In this document: piece by piece, positions 48,469 to 59,642 of the stretch
Layout of the letters: every line of letters begins with the position of its first letter
Numbering within the stretch: position 1 is the first letter of the stretch
NCBI GenBank assembly: GCA_965112735.1
Contig: OZ218955.1
Coordinates: 2,604,001 to 2,668,000 of the forward strand
From: Phaeosaccion multiseriatum
Lineage: Eukaryota; Protista; Ochrophyta, other classes
DNA length: 64,000 nt
Direction of reading: 5' to 3'
The notes under the pieces: generated by a model
What the model was told of the DNA's origin: nothing
The model's input: only the letters and a program-made list of their open reading frames with translations
The model's database searches: none
Program-made: the position numbers and the translations under genes

Positions 48469-51400
48469 ATGCCTTCTCCTCGCCGATGGCGCCCCCCCAA
48501 GCAGGGAACGCTAGCATTACTCTCTCTTCAGACCCTGCGGGCGACTGGCTTCTTGCACCTAGCACCGCGGAGGATGACGATGCGTGAGAGCGGGCAGCAC
48601 TACCAACAGCCGCGCCTGGAGCACCATACGGCTGATAGGAGCGGAGCTGAAGGCACGCGAGGGAAGAGGAGAAGGCTCCATAGTAGCCCATCTGCGGGCG
48701 AAGTGTTAGATGAGGACGGATGGGACTGGATGGGAGAGGGCTTCCAGATGGAGGAGGTGGCAAAAACAGGAGCAGGAAAGAGCGGGAAGGACGGGCCAGG
48801 GCCAGGAACGGAGAAGGCCACAAAAAAAGTAGGGAAAAAGGGGGAGAAGAAAAAGAAGAAGAAGAGGAAGGCGCGCGCCGGGCTGCACGCACATCTCCCC
48901 ATAGTCATAGGCTTTGGTCTGTGGCCTACAGAGCTGGCCACAGCAGGAGGCATTGTGGCAGGCATAGGAGGGTACGAAGACGTCCAAATTGCGTCTGCGA
49001 GTGACTTAGAGCTGAAGGATAGGTTTGACCAGCTATTGGCGTCGTCCTCTTCACTAAAGGAGTCCCTGGCCTCCCAGACGTCAGCAGGGTCCAGGGGGGA
49101 GGAATGGGCGGCTTTATACCCTTACCGACCGCGCATAGTTCTCGTCCTTCCACCATCAGGGGAAGGGCGAGATATAGAGGCCGAAGTGGACATGGCCCAC
49201 CTGCTGGTGGCACTGGACGAATGCCGGAACACCCGCCCCCTCGTGCTCTCGACCTTGGGCCCCGAGCAGCTTGACGCCTTGGCCTCGGTGGCGGGCGGGG
49301 AGGCGCAGGCCCGAGGTCCAAGCCCAAGCACAAGCAGTACGAGCGGTACAAGCAGCACACTCAACTGGGGCATGTCTTTGGATGAGCTGTGGCAGGAGCT
49401 CTCGGCGCGCCATCTGGCCGGCAACGAGCTCATCCAGCCCCTGCAGACGCACCCCACAGAGTGGCAGCCCTCGGACGCAAGCATCGCCCTGCAGCTCGAG
49501 ATTGACGGGGCCATGGTCACCTCGGCGAACGGAGTGGACAGGTACAGTGCCGTGCTAGGCCGTGCCGTGCCGAATGAATGGACTTTAACAACGCTCCTGT
49601 CCTTCTCCTCCTTTTCCTCCTCTCTGCATCCACGAGTTGGTAACCTTTGCATTTTCCATTTCCGTCCTCTGTCATCCCATCCCTCTCTCCCCCCCTCCTC
49701 TCCCCTCCCCTCCCACCCCCAGATGGGACACGAGCTCTGTGGTGGTGCTGGACGACTTCCTCGACGCCCCACTGCAGAAGGAGCTTTTGGCACTCATCAC
49801 GGAGGAGGGATGGGATCACTCCAAGGGCCCACCTCCCTCCAAGTGGTGAGTCAGACAGGGGGGAGGCATACCAGCTAGCCAGCCAGCCAGTCAGCCAGCC
49901 ACTCACCCACCAGGGCCGGCGGCTTGTCTTCTTTGCCCTTGATTGGGCGTCTCCGTCCCAAGTTCTTTACCCTCCAATGTGTGCCTTCCTCTCCCCCACC
50001 CCTCTCACCCCCCCCCCCCCCCCCGACTCAACTTACAGGGAAAAGGCCCTGGTGGACACGGATGGGTCCCGCCCCACCTGGGGACTCACTGAGGAGGCCT
50101 CCGAAGGCCTCTGCCAGGCCGAGAAGGAGAGCCGTGCCGTGCTGGAGGTGCAGTCCCGGCTGTGCAAGCTGTACCCCGACTGCGTGGTCAGTCGCTTGCC
50201 GGAGGCGGTGTTGGGGGAGACGGTGGCCCCGCTCGTGGCCAACGCTCCGCAGGCGGGCGACAGGTCAGCAGCAGCAGCAGTAGCAGCAGCAGCAGTTGGT
50301 GATACGGCAGCAGCACACGATGCTCCCCCCATAGGAATATCCCCCAACCCCCCCACAATTGTCCTTCGTTCTATGCAGCAGATGCACACCCCACACAGCA
50401 TTTCACGACCTTTCCTTCCTTCCTTCCTTCCTTCCTTCCTTCCTTCCTTCCTTCCTTCCTTCCTTCCTTCCTTCCTTCCTTCCTTCCTTCCTTCGTTCCT
50501 TCCTTCCTTCTTTGCTTCCTTCCTTCCTTCCTTCCTTCCTTCCTTCCTTCCTTCCTTCCTTCCTTCCTTCCTTCCTTCCTTCTTTCCGCCACCCTTTCCT
50601 TTTCCTTCCGCGTGAAATGTAATGCACTGCAAGCGTAGGTTCGATTACCACATTGACGCGGACCCCATCATGGTGCCTCCCTCCCCCTGGCGGGATGCCT
50701 TCGGAGCCTACCCCAATCGTGACCCGGGCAAGCCCCTCTTCGCGACGCTCCTGCTCTATCTCATGGATGAAACCGTCGAGACAGGCAAGTGCCAAGGGGC
50801 AAGGGGACAAGTGTCGCACGTACTGCAAGCAGCAAGAGAGAGAGTGTGTGTGTGTCGCACTAGTCTGGTCGCTGATCAGTCGGTATGCCGTGTCGCGGTG
50901 TCCGGTGTCCTTTCTTCCTTCCTGCCCTTGCTGCTGCTGCTGCTGCTGCTGCTTTTGAGTCGTACGACGCCAGCACTGACAAGGCCCTGGCGGACAATAC
51001 CCCCACACTCTCCGCTCTCTTCCCCCTCCCCCCATACCCCCCCCCCCTGTGAGCAGAGTGGCCGGCGGCATGGCAGGCGGAAACCCTCTTCGTGGACTCC
51101 CCCTCGGGCACGGGTGTGTTTGTGCAGCCTCGCCCCCTGAGGGCGGTGCTCATGGACCAAGATGTGACGCATCGCATCAATCCACCGAGTGAGCTGGCAG
51201 GGAAGCGGCCCCGCTACTCCCTCGTGTGGAAGCTCATCATGCATCCCAAGCAGCAGCCTGGGCACGGCACCAGCAGCGGCAGTAGAGAAGGTGGGAGTGC
51301 GGATGAGTCTCGCTCTTCCTCTGCTCCTGCGGCCGCTGCTACTGTATCACCAACTGCTACTGTATCGCCAACTGCTACTGCTGCTGCTGCTGGTGGTGGT

Positions 51401-52265
51401 GGTGGTGCGATGTCCATTCTCCGCAAGGATCTGTGGGGTGAGGCCACCCGCTTCGGCTCTGCAAATCGTGACGCCAAACCGTGCAAGGCCCAGCGACACA
51501 GGCAGGAGGAGCAGCAGTCAAAGGGAGAGGTGGATTTGCTCAAGGAGGGACGCGTGCGTATAGGAGACGCCGGGCCCAAGGGGGAGGGCCTCTTCAGCAC
51601 AGACTTCATCGCCGAGGGGACCTCGCTCGGTGCGTGCGTGCGTGCGTGCACAGCGCAGAGCGCACCAGGCAAAGGCATGGGGGCTTGGGTTGGGTTGGGT
51701 TGGGTTGGGTTGTGGCACATTCATGAAGTGGACTATTGACCCTTCGCCCCTTGCCCCTAGCCGTTAAGGCCTACGCCTGGCCCGACCTCTCACCCTTCGG
51801 CCTGACAACCGACCCTACTCCTCCAAACCACACATGCACACATACGTAATTCTTTGGCTGATTCCTATAAGTCAGCAAAATACCCCCCTGCCCCGCCCCT
51901 GCCCGTCTCCCTCCCTACTCCTCCCTACCCCTGCCTCTGCCCAGGCAACTACAAGGGAGAGCTGCTGGACAATGTGCAGGTGGTGGAGCGATACCCGGAC
52001 TCCACTCGCACCGAGTACATCTTCGAGGTCGATCCTTACCGGAGGCTCTTTGTCGACGCATCGCAGCCGGAGCTCAGCAACTACCTACGGTATTGTAACC
52101 ACGCGTCGACCTCTCCGGGCAGGGAGGGCGGGCAGGAGGAGGCGGCGGGGGGAGTGGTCATTGCTGCCGGGGAGGCGAATGTTCGGACGGAGGTGCTGCC
52201 CGCGGCGCAGCGAATCACGTTCCGAGCGGCGCGAGACATCCTGCCAGGTAGGTAGCATGGTTGCT

Positions 52266-52309
<44 letters not shown>

Positions 52310-52559
52310 ACGTGGATGCGTAGCGTGTAGCGGGTAGTTAGAGGTCCCCCCTCCCTCTTGCCGAAATTGGGCTCACTCCCTCCCCACACATCGATGTGAT
52401 GATGCGTGAATTGGCTTTGTTCCCCCTGTCCCGGCCTTGTTGCTGACAGGAGAAGAGCTTTGCTTTGACTATGGCGAGAACTACTGGGGGGGTGACGACG
52501 ACGGAGAGGAGGGAGAGGAGGCGGAGGAGGCAGGGGAGGGAGACGGTGTTGAAGCGTGA
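48469..52559 (+). CDS. Fusion protein: putative plastid-targeting presequence, DUF3783-like domain, 2OG-Fe(II) dioxygenase, SET-domain methyltransferase
   Basis: Exons ~48469-49541, 49723-49845, 50039-50262, 50638-50784, 51057-51629, 51945-52246 and 52450-52559. Dioxygenase motifs: VVVLDDFL, YHIDAD (HxD), TLLLYL, W..AW.AETLF, VTHR (distal His), RYS. SET motifs: KGEGLF, G.Y.GEL, YIF, DA....N..RYCNHA, ARDI.PGEELCFDYG..YW. Confidence 0.8.
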
Positions 52560-54191
52560 GCCGGACGCGAGACCAAGCTTTCCTTTAGAGTGATGGACCT
52601 AGAAGAGTCGAGACTAGAGAGTCGCCACGGACCACCGTCGGTGGGGGGGTTCGAGCGAAACAACGATTTGCCTAATAGTAAAATGTGATTCCGAGACCGT
52701 TACGTTCGAGCGGAGAGAAGCGGCCGTCTTTGGATGTCCTCGGACCCGCAAGAAGTGCTGAAGCCGCAACAAGACGGCTGCTGCTAAATAGCCTAAGGAA
52801 AGAGTATGGAGTCGTCCCGGAGCAGAGGAGCAGCGACAATGGCCCCGTTCGGACTGGACAATGGAGAAGGGAGAGAGACGACGCGGTGGGAACTCAGCAC
52901 AGCTCCGCCCAACACAAAGAGAGAGACTGGCCGGTCACGCAGCAGTAACCTGACTGGTAAGGGACTTCTTTCCCCTCTGCGTCTGCAATACCTCTAAGGC
53001 AGCCTTGCGGGTGCTGCTGTACGCTGTGCGACCTCTTCCATCATCCATCACCTACTGCTCTTTGGCATCTTCCTTTAGATACTTAGCTGTACTGCTGCTG
53101 CGCCAACTTCCGCTCCGGTCCCTTGTGCTTGCCCTCACACCATCCTCAACCCGCGTCTTCTTTCTCCTTCTCTGATCCTCTTTCCGCGCATTGTTCCTCC
53201 GTCTCTCCTCCCTCTCTCCCCCCTCGCTCCTCCTCCTCCTCTTCCTTCCAGCGAGAAGCGGTACCAGCACGGCTCGCTCAGAGCTCTCCGCTCGCACTCA
53301 TACGGCAAGGTCGACCGTGGCGGACACTGCTCGCTCCCTCCGTTCGCAGCTGGGGGGAGAGAGCTCGAGAGATACTCCCGCCTTCACGGGAAGGTATGTG
53401 TGTATCCCTTCCAAGCGTGGTACGAGCAGCTGGCGATCCCGACCCCCCCCCGTCACGCCCCTCTCTCCCTCTCCTATTCAAGTCGATTTCCTTCCGACGC
53501 TTTTCCCTTCTGCCCTCCAACACCTCATCAAGCACTCGCTTTCGCCGCGGCAGATCGGAGCGACTGCCGTTCTCTGTCACTCATCCCCCCACACACCCTA
53601 ACCCCCTCCTCTAGGTCAGTCGCCACAAGCATGATGAGCACAGGGCGTGCGACGCAGACTCTGGCGGCCTTGGCGGAGGAGCGGCGCGTGCTGGAGCGGC
53701 GCCTGGAGGTGGTTGAGCTCGAGCTGAGGCAGGAGGAGGCCAGCGCCAGGCGGAATATGCACCAGCCGCAACAGAAGAGGAAGCAGCTGGAGCAGCAGCA
53801 CAAGCAGCACAAGCAGCAGCAGCCGTGCAAAGGTCGCTCTTAACCTCTGCCCTTCTTGCCGCACCGCCGTGAAGCGAACACTTAATACTCTCGGGCCTTC
53901 CTTCTCCGGGTCGGCCGTAGTCGGATAGGGAACAAGAGCGCAGGCCGCGTTGGACACGTGTCTGGGTACTCTCCCTCTCATCGAGAGGCACTTGGTCAAC
54001 TTGCACCGCTTGAGAAAATAGACCTCAAATGTGATGAATTGCATTACTTTAAAAGGATACTGACTACAACTACGTAGTATGTACAGCTAATATACAACGA
54101 GCAGGCCCGTTTCGGCTTCCCACTCCCTCTCTCTGCTTCCCACCCTCTCTCCCTCTCTCTCTTCTCTCTTCTCTCTCTCGCCTTCTCAGCT

Positions 54192-54245
<54 letters not shown>

Positions 54246-54524
54246 TCTCTCTCTGCTTCTCTGTCTGTCTGTCTCTCTCTCCCTCCCTCTGGCACGGCCC
54301 CACCCTGGGGCTCAACGCGTCACTACTTCTCTTGTAAAGAACAGAAGGTCTTCCTAGGGGTCTTCCCCCTTCCTCCCTCCCCCTTCCTCGTCTCCCCCTT
54401 CCTCGTCTCCCCCTTCCTCGTCTCCCCCTTCCTCCCTCCCCCTTCCTCCCTCCCCCTCCCCCCCCTCTCCCTCCGTCCTGCCCCCCCCCCCCTCCCCCTT
54501 CCGCCCCCTCCGCCCCTCGCCCGC

Positions 54525-55761
54525 TCACACGGCAGCAGGGGAGGGCTTGCACAAGGGCGTCGACACGGTCTTGCCCTCAGAGGGAACGCGCTTGCTCCTC
54601 CTCCTCCTGGTGCTGCTCAAGCTGCTGCTCCCGCTGATGCTGGCCGGGGCCTGAGAAGAGGAGGGAAAAGTCCATGCGGGACGGCCCCTGAGACAGCGAC
54701 CGTCGTCCTGCATCTCGCTGATGGTGCGATCGAGAGAGCTCGGCAAGCACTCCTCGCTCTTGGCCCTGCATGGGGGAGGGGAAGGGAGGAGACGAGAGGA
54801 GAGGGGGGGAGACCAGAGGAGAGGCAGAGGAGAGACAGAGGCAGAGGAGGGCGGAGGAATGAGGGGATAAATCATCACAGCAGGGGGGGTGCCCGAGAGA
54901 GAGAGGAGCCGCCGTAGGGTGAGGGCGCTGTTGGTGTTAGCAGTTGGGGGCTCGTGACGTCACGGAGAGTGGCCCAAGCTTACCTTAGTCTGTTGAGGTG
55001 CAAGTATGCATCGGTGCCGTATCCCTCGAGGGGCCGCAGCTTGAGAGAGCCTCCGAAGTAGCGCGCGTACACCCGGGAGAGTGGCAGCCCCATACCCAGC
55101 CCCGCAAAGGCGTATCTCGCCTTCTCCGCCACCTCCTCAGCAGACGCCCCTCCATGTCCCTCTTTATGACCGTTCTGACTGTCTTGAGGCCCAGACTCGC
55201 CACCACTGCTGCTGCTCCTGCCAAACTGGTCCATCCCGAGCCCCGGTCCCAGCAAAGGGCTCCGTCCGAGCCCGACTCCGAGTTCGAGCCCCTGCCCCGC
55301 GTGGGCGCAGTCCTCCAGCGGCAGCCCCCCCAGGGGAGGAGGACTCACAGTTGCCGTGGAGGGGGAGGTGGAGTACATGTACGACCACGCCTTGTGCAGG
55401 TCGGAGCGCTTGATGCCCCCCCCTTCGTCGGCCACTTTGATGGTCACGTCTTCCCTGCCCTGCACCACCACTACTTTGATAGGGGGTAGGGCCGTGGCGG
55501 AGACTCCCTCCTGCTGTGTCGCCCCCTCCTCCTCCTGCTGCTGCTGCTGCTGCTGGTTGTGGTGCTGAGGCTGGTGGTGCTTTTTCACTGTGGCTATGCA
55601 GCTGTTCTTGAGCAGCTCGCACAGAATATAGTACAGGTGGGTGGGCACGGCTGTGAAGCTCAGATTTGGCACGCCGTAGATTTGGATCTGCTCGGGACAC
55701 GCACACACACACGCAAACAAATACACGCCGTTAGAGTAGGGGTACATCGGCGCTGCATCGC

Positions 55762-55838
<77 letters not shown>

Positions 55839-57660
55839 ACAAGAGGGCGTGGTATCTCGAGGTGCCTCGCATGAGAGAAGAGTCAGGAGAGCCATAGATG
55901 GCACTTAAGGGTGTAATAAAAGAAGAGTCAGGAGAGGGTACAGACCCGAACAGTGCCAAACTTCCAATCCACGCCGCCCCCCGGCCCTCTCCCTTGCTCA
56001 CACGTAGTTTCTTAGGATGATTCCTGTAAGTGAAAAAAACCGCCCGCTCACTCCTCTTCCTGTAAGTCAAGAAACTGCCCGCTCATTCACCCCCTCCTCA
56101 CTAACCTCTGGAGCGGTGCCCAGGTGAAGGCGCGAGAGCCTCTCTACATCCTTCGCCGCCCTTCCTGCGATCTCCACGGGCGAGCAGTTGCTGGCGATGA
56201 GGCCGGCGTAGCCAGGGCGCTTCTCCTTGGAGGCGATGTAGTGCTTAACCAGGAAGCGCATACTGTGAGGTTGGGTACGGTGAGGTGGATTGGGTTGGGT
56301 TGGGGTGGGTTGGGGTGTTCTTCCCCTCTCTCATGTCCGTTCTTTATCATCATCTGATCAGGCAAGTGCAAGTGCAAGTGCAAGTGCAAGTGCATGCCGT
56401 GCGGTGCTTCTCCCTCCTCCCTCCTCCCTCCTCCCTCCTCCCTCCTCCCTCCCTCCTCCCTCCTCCCTCCTCCCTCCTCCCTCCTCCCTCCTCCCTCCTC
56501 CCTCCTCCTTCTCGCTCTCCATTCTCCATTCTCGCTTCTCCCTTCTCCCGTCTTGTCTCTCTTGTCCGTTCTCCTTATCACACACTTGTCGCACCTGATC
56601 CTGGATGTGAAGAAGTGGTCGAGGATGTGGTCCAAACGATGCACATCGATCTGACCTGCCCCGCTTCTTGCCCCTTTTGCCCCCCCCAGATGCGCCTCTT
56701 CCCGCAGCGTGTGCAGGGCCTTGCTGAGCGCGCTGGGCACCACCTTGTTGTCCAGCAGCAGCGAGGCGAGGAAGGAGGAGAATTGTGTCTCCTCTGTGGG
56801 CGTTTGGGGGACGGGATAGGAGGCCAGCTTGGAAACCATCTCGGCGTACCTGTAGAAGGTGATTATTGTTACATTCAGAGTGGTTGCATAGGGATTGAAG
56901 AAGAATTGGGCACAGTACCCACAAGAGAGGAGAGGAGAAGAGAGTTAGGTCATCAGGGGGGGGAGGCGGTACGCGAAGATGCACCCCCCTTAATCAGTGG
57001 GGGGCGGGGAGCGACGAGGGTCAATCCACACCGCACCGTATACAACCCCTCTCCCATGCCCCCCCCCCCCACATGCCCAATCATGTCTCCACTGAACGGA
57101 ATCACTCACCAGGACGCTACCAGCAGCACCGGCTCCTTCTCAGACAGGCCGTAGGGAAGCTCCAGCAGCTCCACCACCGCCTTCGCGAAGCGGACGGAAA
57201 GCTCTTGGTGCAGGAACTGCGCCTGCTGCACCTGCTGCTGCGGCGTGCGGCTCGCGGAGCTGAGCGAGTACAAGTCTCTTAGACTCAAGGGGGTGCTTTT
57301 CTTGGAGGCAAGCTCGACTAACAGCCGCTCGTCCAGCCCCGCCAAGCCCTGGAGCGGCGCCTGCTGAGGGAGCGGTATGCTCGCTAGGTGCTCACTACTG
57401 CTCTCAGGCTCGGCGAACTTTCCCCACACTGGGAACGCGCCGCTACTGGGGGCCGGGTTGGAAGAGTGCCCCCGCCTTTGGTGAGAGCTTGCTGCTGCCG
57501 GGGCTTTGGAAGCTGCACTGCCCGCCCCTCCTCTTTCGCCTTTCCCACCACTGCTCCTGCCCTTGTGTGCCTGCCTCTGCTGCCCTTGCGTTGCTGCCCA
57601 TGGCGCCAAACTTTGAGAGCGTGGGCGCTTCAACCCTTGAAGACGCCGCACCGCCTGCAT
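54525..57660 (-). CDS. PDK: Mitochondrial pyruvate dehydrogenase kinase / BCKD kinase family (GHKL kinase)
   Basis: TPLSLRDL..QFLHQELSVRFA..LPYGLS; LDHFFTSRISMRFL; HLYYILCELLKNS (N-box); DVTIKVADEGGGI (G1); YMYST; AGLGMGLPLSRVYARYFGGSLKL..LEGYGTDAYLHL (G2/G3). Confidence 0.92.
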
Positions 57661-58306
57661 TATGATTTTCTTCCTTGAAAGATCCTTAGACCCCTCCTCT
57701 GCCCTCCCTCCTTTGCACCCTTTGTAGCGGCCCTCCTCACAATTCACACACTATTTGATGCATTTCCTTTCTTGTATTATACTTTGTGCTTTTCTTTCCA
57801 CACTCGGAAATCGTTCTTAACAAAAAATGACGCGGGCCACGTCGCCCACACGCCAACCTGTGAGTTATGCACGCACGCACTCACAGTCACTGATATACAA
57901 TGGCCGGCGGCCGATAGCGCGCGATCGAGAATGTGGGCGATAGTGTATCAGGGGATATCACAGTGCAAATTAGCGGCCAGCAGGAAGTAGCGACCCCGCC
58001 CCCCGCCTTCATTTATTTTTTTCTGCCACAGCCTAAAAAGCCAGAAGCCAGACCGTCTGGCCTGCGGCCAGATCGGCGTAAGCCTGCGGCCAGAAGCCCG
58101 AAGCCAGGAGGAGAGCTAGCTATACGTCCAGAAGCCAGGAGCCAGAGAAACCTCGCGCCTCGGGCCTGGAGCCGAACTAGATACATGGACATCAAAGAGG
58201 GAAGCTCTATATTCTATGTCTTCTTCGATGGGAAGGAGCAGCCTCGCCCATGGAGGCTTTTCCACCACTAGTGGGGCCCTCTCTTGCTCGCTCCGTCTGC
58301 TATCTG

Positions 58307-59365
58307 CTATCGCTCTGGATGGTTTGCTGGCTCGAGAACAAACCACGAAGTCAGCGTGCTTCCTTCCACCTTGCAGAGAGACTGCTCAACCCCGTATCGA
58401 GCAGGCTCGTCGAGAACGTGAGACACTCTCATTTGCATGCGCTTTGCCAAGACAACGAGGTGCTGTACAATCCCCTGTTCTTTATCCACCACATCTCGCC
58501 CCCCGCCCAGCACGCTCAAGCCAACAGCAATGGGTGTCTTTCGCGGCTCGCGTCCGTCGAGCGCTGCGTCTAGCATTTCCACAAACATTGGCGCGTACCC
58601 GCCACACCCGTCAAAGTAGTAGGCGCCAAAGTCCACCTCGCTAAATTGACCGGCACTGCTACCGGTACCGGCAGCAGACTTGTGGTGTCCGTCCTTCGTC
58701 GCCGTCTTGGCGAGCGCCAGGTGGGCCGACTGGTGAGCAACATGGTCTGGTGGCATGCCCCACTCAACGAGAGCCGCACACGATGATTTGTGGCGGTTAG
58801 CCACGTACATTTGGCTCGTTGCGAATCCAGCGGCTTGGAGCGCTGTCGCCGTACCAGCATCTGGACCATCCAAAAAGAAAATGTTTGTATCGCCGGCGTC
58901 GTCTTCGTCCTCGTCGTCTGAAGCAGGTCGGCAGAAGTTGCAGAGCGCCGCAAAGGCTCGGTTGTGCCCGTCTTTGAAATTGCGGTGAGATGCCGTGAAG
59001 TCGAGAGGTTTGTATTGCTCCTCGAATGCACTCGCCTTGGCCAAGAGACCCTCGAGCTCCTTTTCCTGAGCTGAAGAGCGGTTCGTCATGTCGCCGAGAA
59101 CAGCGAGGCGATTCTCTCTGCGAATCGACATTTGATGATCCTGTGCCGTGGCCGGCTTTGCCGTGCCGCCCTCGGCTGGGGTTGCAGTCAAACGAAGAGA
59201 CTGAAGGTTACCACTGCCATGCCGTAGTATTCCGTCGTGGTAGCTGCAGTATGGTCGGAGTCCATTGTTGAAGGCTCTACTATGGAGAAAAAATGCGCTC
59301 GTTGGTCGAGGGCACCAAGCACACAGGAGAAGGAGAAAACAGCCTCTGGTGCGTTGCGACTTCAT
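58307..59365 (-). CDS. Intronless protein with signal peptide + Phe (putative plastid bipartite targeting) and a probable class I SAM-methyltransferase-like fold
   Basis: N-terminus MKSQRTRGCFLLLLCAWCPRPTSA|FF. NIFFLDGPDAGTATAL, MYVAN and FGAYYFDGCG resemble Rossmann MTase motifs I/II/IV (inferred by eye). Confidence 0.65.
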   Translation of the reverse strand: MKSQRTRGCFLLLLCAWCPRPTSAFFLHSRAFNNGLRPYCSYHDGILRHGSGNLQSLRLTATPAEGGTAKPATAQDHQMSIRRENRLAVLGDMTNRSSAQEKELEGLLAKASAFEEQYKPLDFTASHRNFKDGHNRAFAALCNFCRPASDDEDEDDAGDTNIFFLDGPDAGTATALQAAGFATSQMYVANRHKSSCAALVEWGMPPDHVAHQSAHLALAKTATKDGHHKSAAGTGSSAGQFSEVDFGAYYFDGCGGYAPMFVEMLDAALDGREPRKTPIAVGLSVLGGGRDVVDKEQGIVQHLVVLAKRMQMRVSHVLDEPARYGVEQSLCKVEGSTLTSWFVLEPANHPER

Positions 59366-59642
59366 CGTTGAGCGCTTTCCCCTTTCCCCTTCCCACCGAT
59401 GGCTGGTTTTGCGCCCGCGACATTACTCTGCGTCACGAAAACGCCACATCAAGAGCCCGACCCGGAGAATATGCCTGCCCTTGGTTCTGATCTCCAAGGG
59501 CTGTCGATATATTAGGGATATATTCAGCTGGATATATTAACCCTGGGGGCGAGGAAGCAAGCAAGCTTGACTGTTGGCTCTCCGACTCTCACAGCTGGCC
59601 CACCCCTTTTCAAATCCTTTCTTCCCTTACTCCTACATCTCA
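59366..59642. promoter_or_regulatory. Putative bidirectional promoter with a triple GATATATT motif (~59506-59538)
   Basis: 277-bp gap between divergent intronless genes; three GATATATT copies. Confidence 0.4.

Noticed and set aside
53400-53843. Short coiled-coil ORF (AEERRVLERRLEVVELELRQEE)
   Set aside because: It could be a small gene or exon, but there is no recognisable family or secure gene structure.
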